From NCBI GenBank assembly GCA_964367265.1, contig CAYIXF010000009.1, positions 3,123 to 9,477 of the forward strand: DNA of 6,355 nt, written 5' to 3'. A program made the translations under genes and the position numbers. The stretch's first letter is position 1. Every line of letters starts with the position of its first letter. Source of the DNA: Candidatus Woesearchaeota archaeon. Its GTDB lineage: Archaea > Nanobdellota > Nanobdellia > SCGC-AAA011-G17 > JAFCDX01. The notes under the pieces are model-generated. The model saw nothing but the letters and a program-made list of their open reading frames with translations. It ran no database searches and was not told where the DNA came from. Shown here one piece after another: positions 6,141-6,355 of this stretch.

Positions 6141-6156
6141 TTTATATTACTTTCTA
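6141..6156 (-). promoter_or_regulatory. Putative archaeal-type BRE/TATA promoter for the RSH gene
   Basis: The minus strand reads TTAGAAAGT-AATATAAA-TTTTTAAATCTTATAGCGTAT-ATG. The TATA-like box (plus-strand 6141-6148) is centred about 26 nt upstream of the ATG at 6119. A purine-rich AGAAAG lies directly upstream of it, and there is no SD before the ATG. Confidence 0.4.
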
Positions 6157-6355
6157 ATTTTGAGCTATTTAATAATATATATAATACCGTTAGAAAGGAA
6201 AAAAACTGAAGCAGGTGTAGTAATTGCATGATAAATCACTCCCCCCACAAATACTTTTTCATTATAATAATTAATTATTTTGGTTTACCCTTAATAAAAA
6301 AATTAAAAAATTAAATAAAAACCAGAAAACGAACGAACATCATACAAAACTTTTT

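Noticed and set aside
6120-6355. A tRNA, C/D-box sRNA or riboswitch in the non-coding tail
   Set aside because: I found no T-loop (GGTTCRANYC) or acceptor-stem pairing. The only C-box-like string (minus-strand ATGATGT near 6338-6344) has no properly spaced CUGA D box. I saw no extended stem-loops. This was a by-eye scan, so a covariance-model scan could still overturn it.
6311-6355. The 14-codon open frame entering from the right edge (minus strand, ...KKFCMMFVRFLVFI*) as a partial CDS
   Set aside because: It is too short to distinguish from chance in this composition. I mention it in a finding only because oligo-T tracts follow its stop codon.
1-6355. An alternative genetic code (for example TGA as a sense codon)
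   Set aside because: All six proteins end at family-typical lengths under the standard code. The DJ-1 gene uses TGA as a plausible stop at a normal length, and no conserved domain is interrupted by an in-frame stop.
1-6355. CRISPR arrays, IS or transposon ends, integrase genes, or long direct or inverted repeats
   Set aside because: I saw none on either strand. Apart from the last ~235 nt, the longest intergenic gaps are the 50-nt and 36-nt spacers, which leaves no room for such elements.

Overview
This is a strongly AT-rich, very gene-dense 6.3-kb window. I see six protein-coding genes and no rRNA or tRNA genes, CRISPR arrays, transposases or long repeats. From left to right:

1. The 3' ~1.57 kb of a long ThyX-family (FAD-dependent thymidylate synthase-like) gene. 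It looks like a tandem duplication and runs off the left edge.
2. tmk (dTMP kinase), overlapping the ThyX-like gene by 11 nt.
3. A convergent monofunctional prephenate dehydratase (PDT + ACT domains).
4. A divergently transcribed DJ-1/PfpI-family protein.
5. A convergent 2-TM membrane protein with a C-terminal bacterial-PH (YdbS/YdbT-like) domain.
6. Immediately upstream on the same strand, a full-length long RelA/SpoT homologue of 623 aa (HD hydrolase, synthetase, TGS, Zn-finger and ACT/RRM domains).
7. About 235 nt of the only substantial non-coding DNA in the window.

The gene content is mostly housekeeping (nucleotide and aromatic amino acid metabolism, alarmone metabolism). I see no recognisable defence island, toxin-antitoxin pair or mobile element.

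The most notable pattern is at the gene starts. Each of the four independently started genes lacks a Shine-Dalgarno sequence. Each has a TATA-like box centred 25-26 nt upstream of its ATG, preceded by a purine-rich BRE-like stretch. That is the geometry of archaeal leaderless promoters. My working inference, unproven from 6 kb, is that the host is an AT-rich, compact-genome archaeon.

If so, the long RSH and its co-oriented bPH membrane neighbour are the most interesting content. The RSH is shortened and has an atypical E-M in place of the hydrolase E-D dyad. Secondary points of interest:
- a single quasi-palindromic TATA element that appears to serve two divergent leaderless genes;
- split, degenerate ThyX motifs in the long ThyX-like protein;
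- a divergent SHPQ motif in the prephenate dehydratase;
- tail-to-tail gene overlaps that leave no room for terminators.
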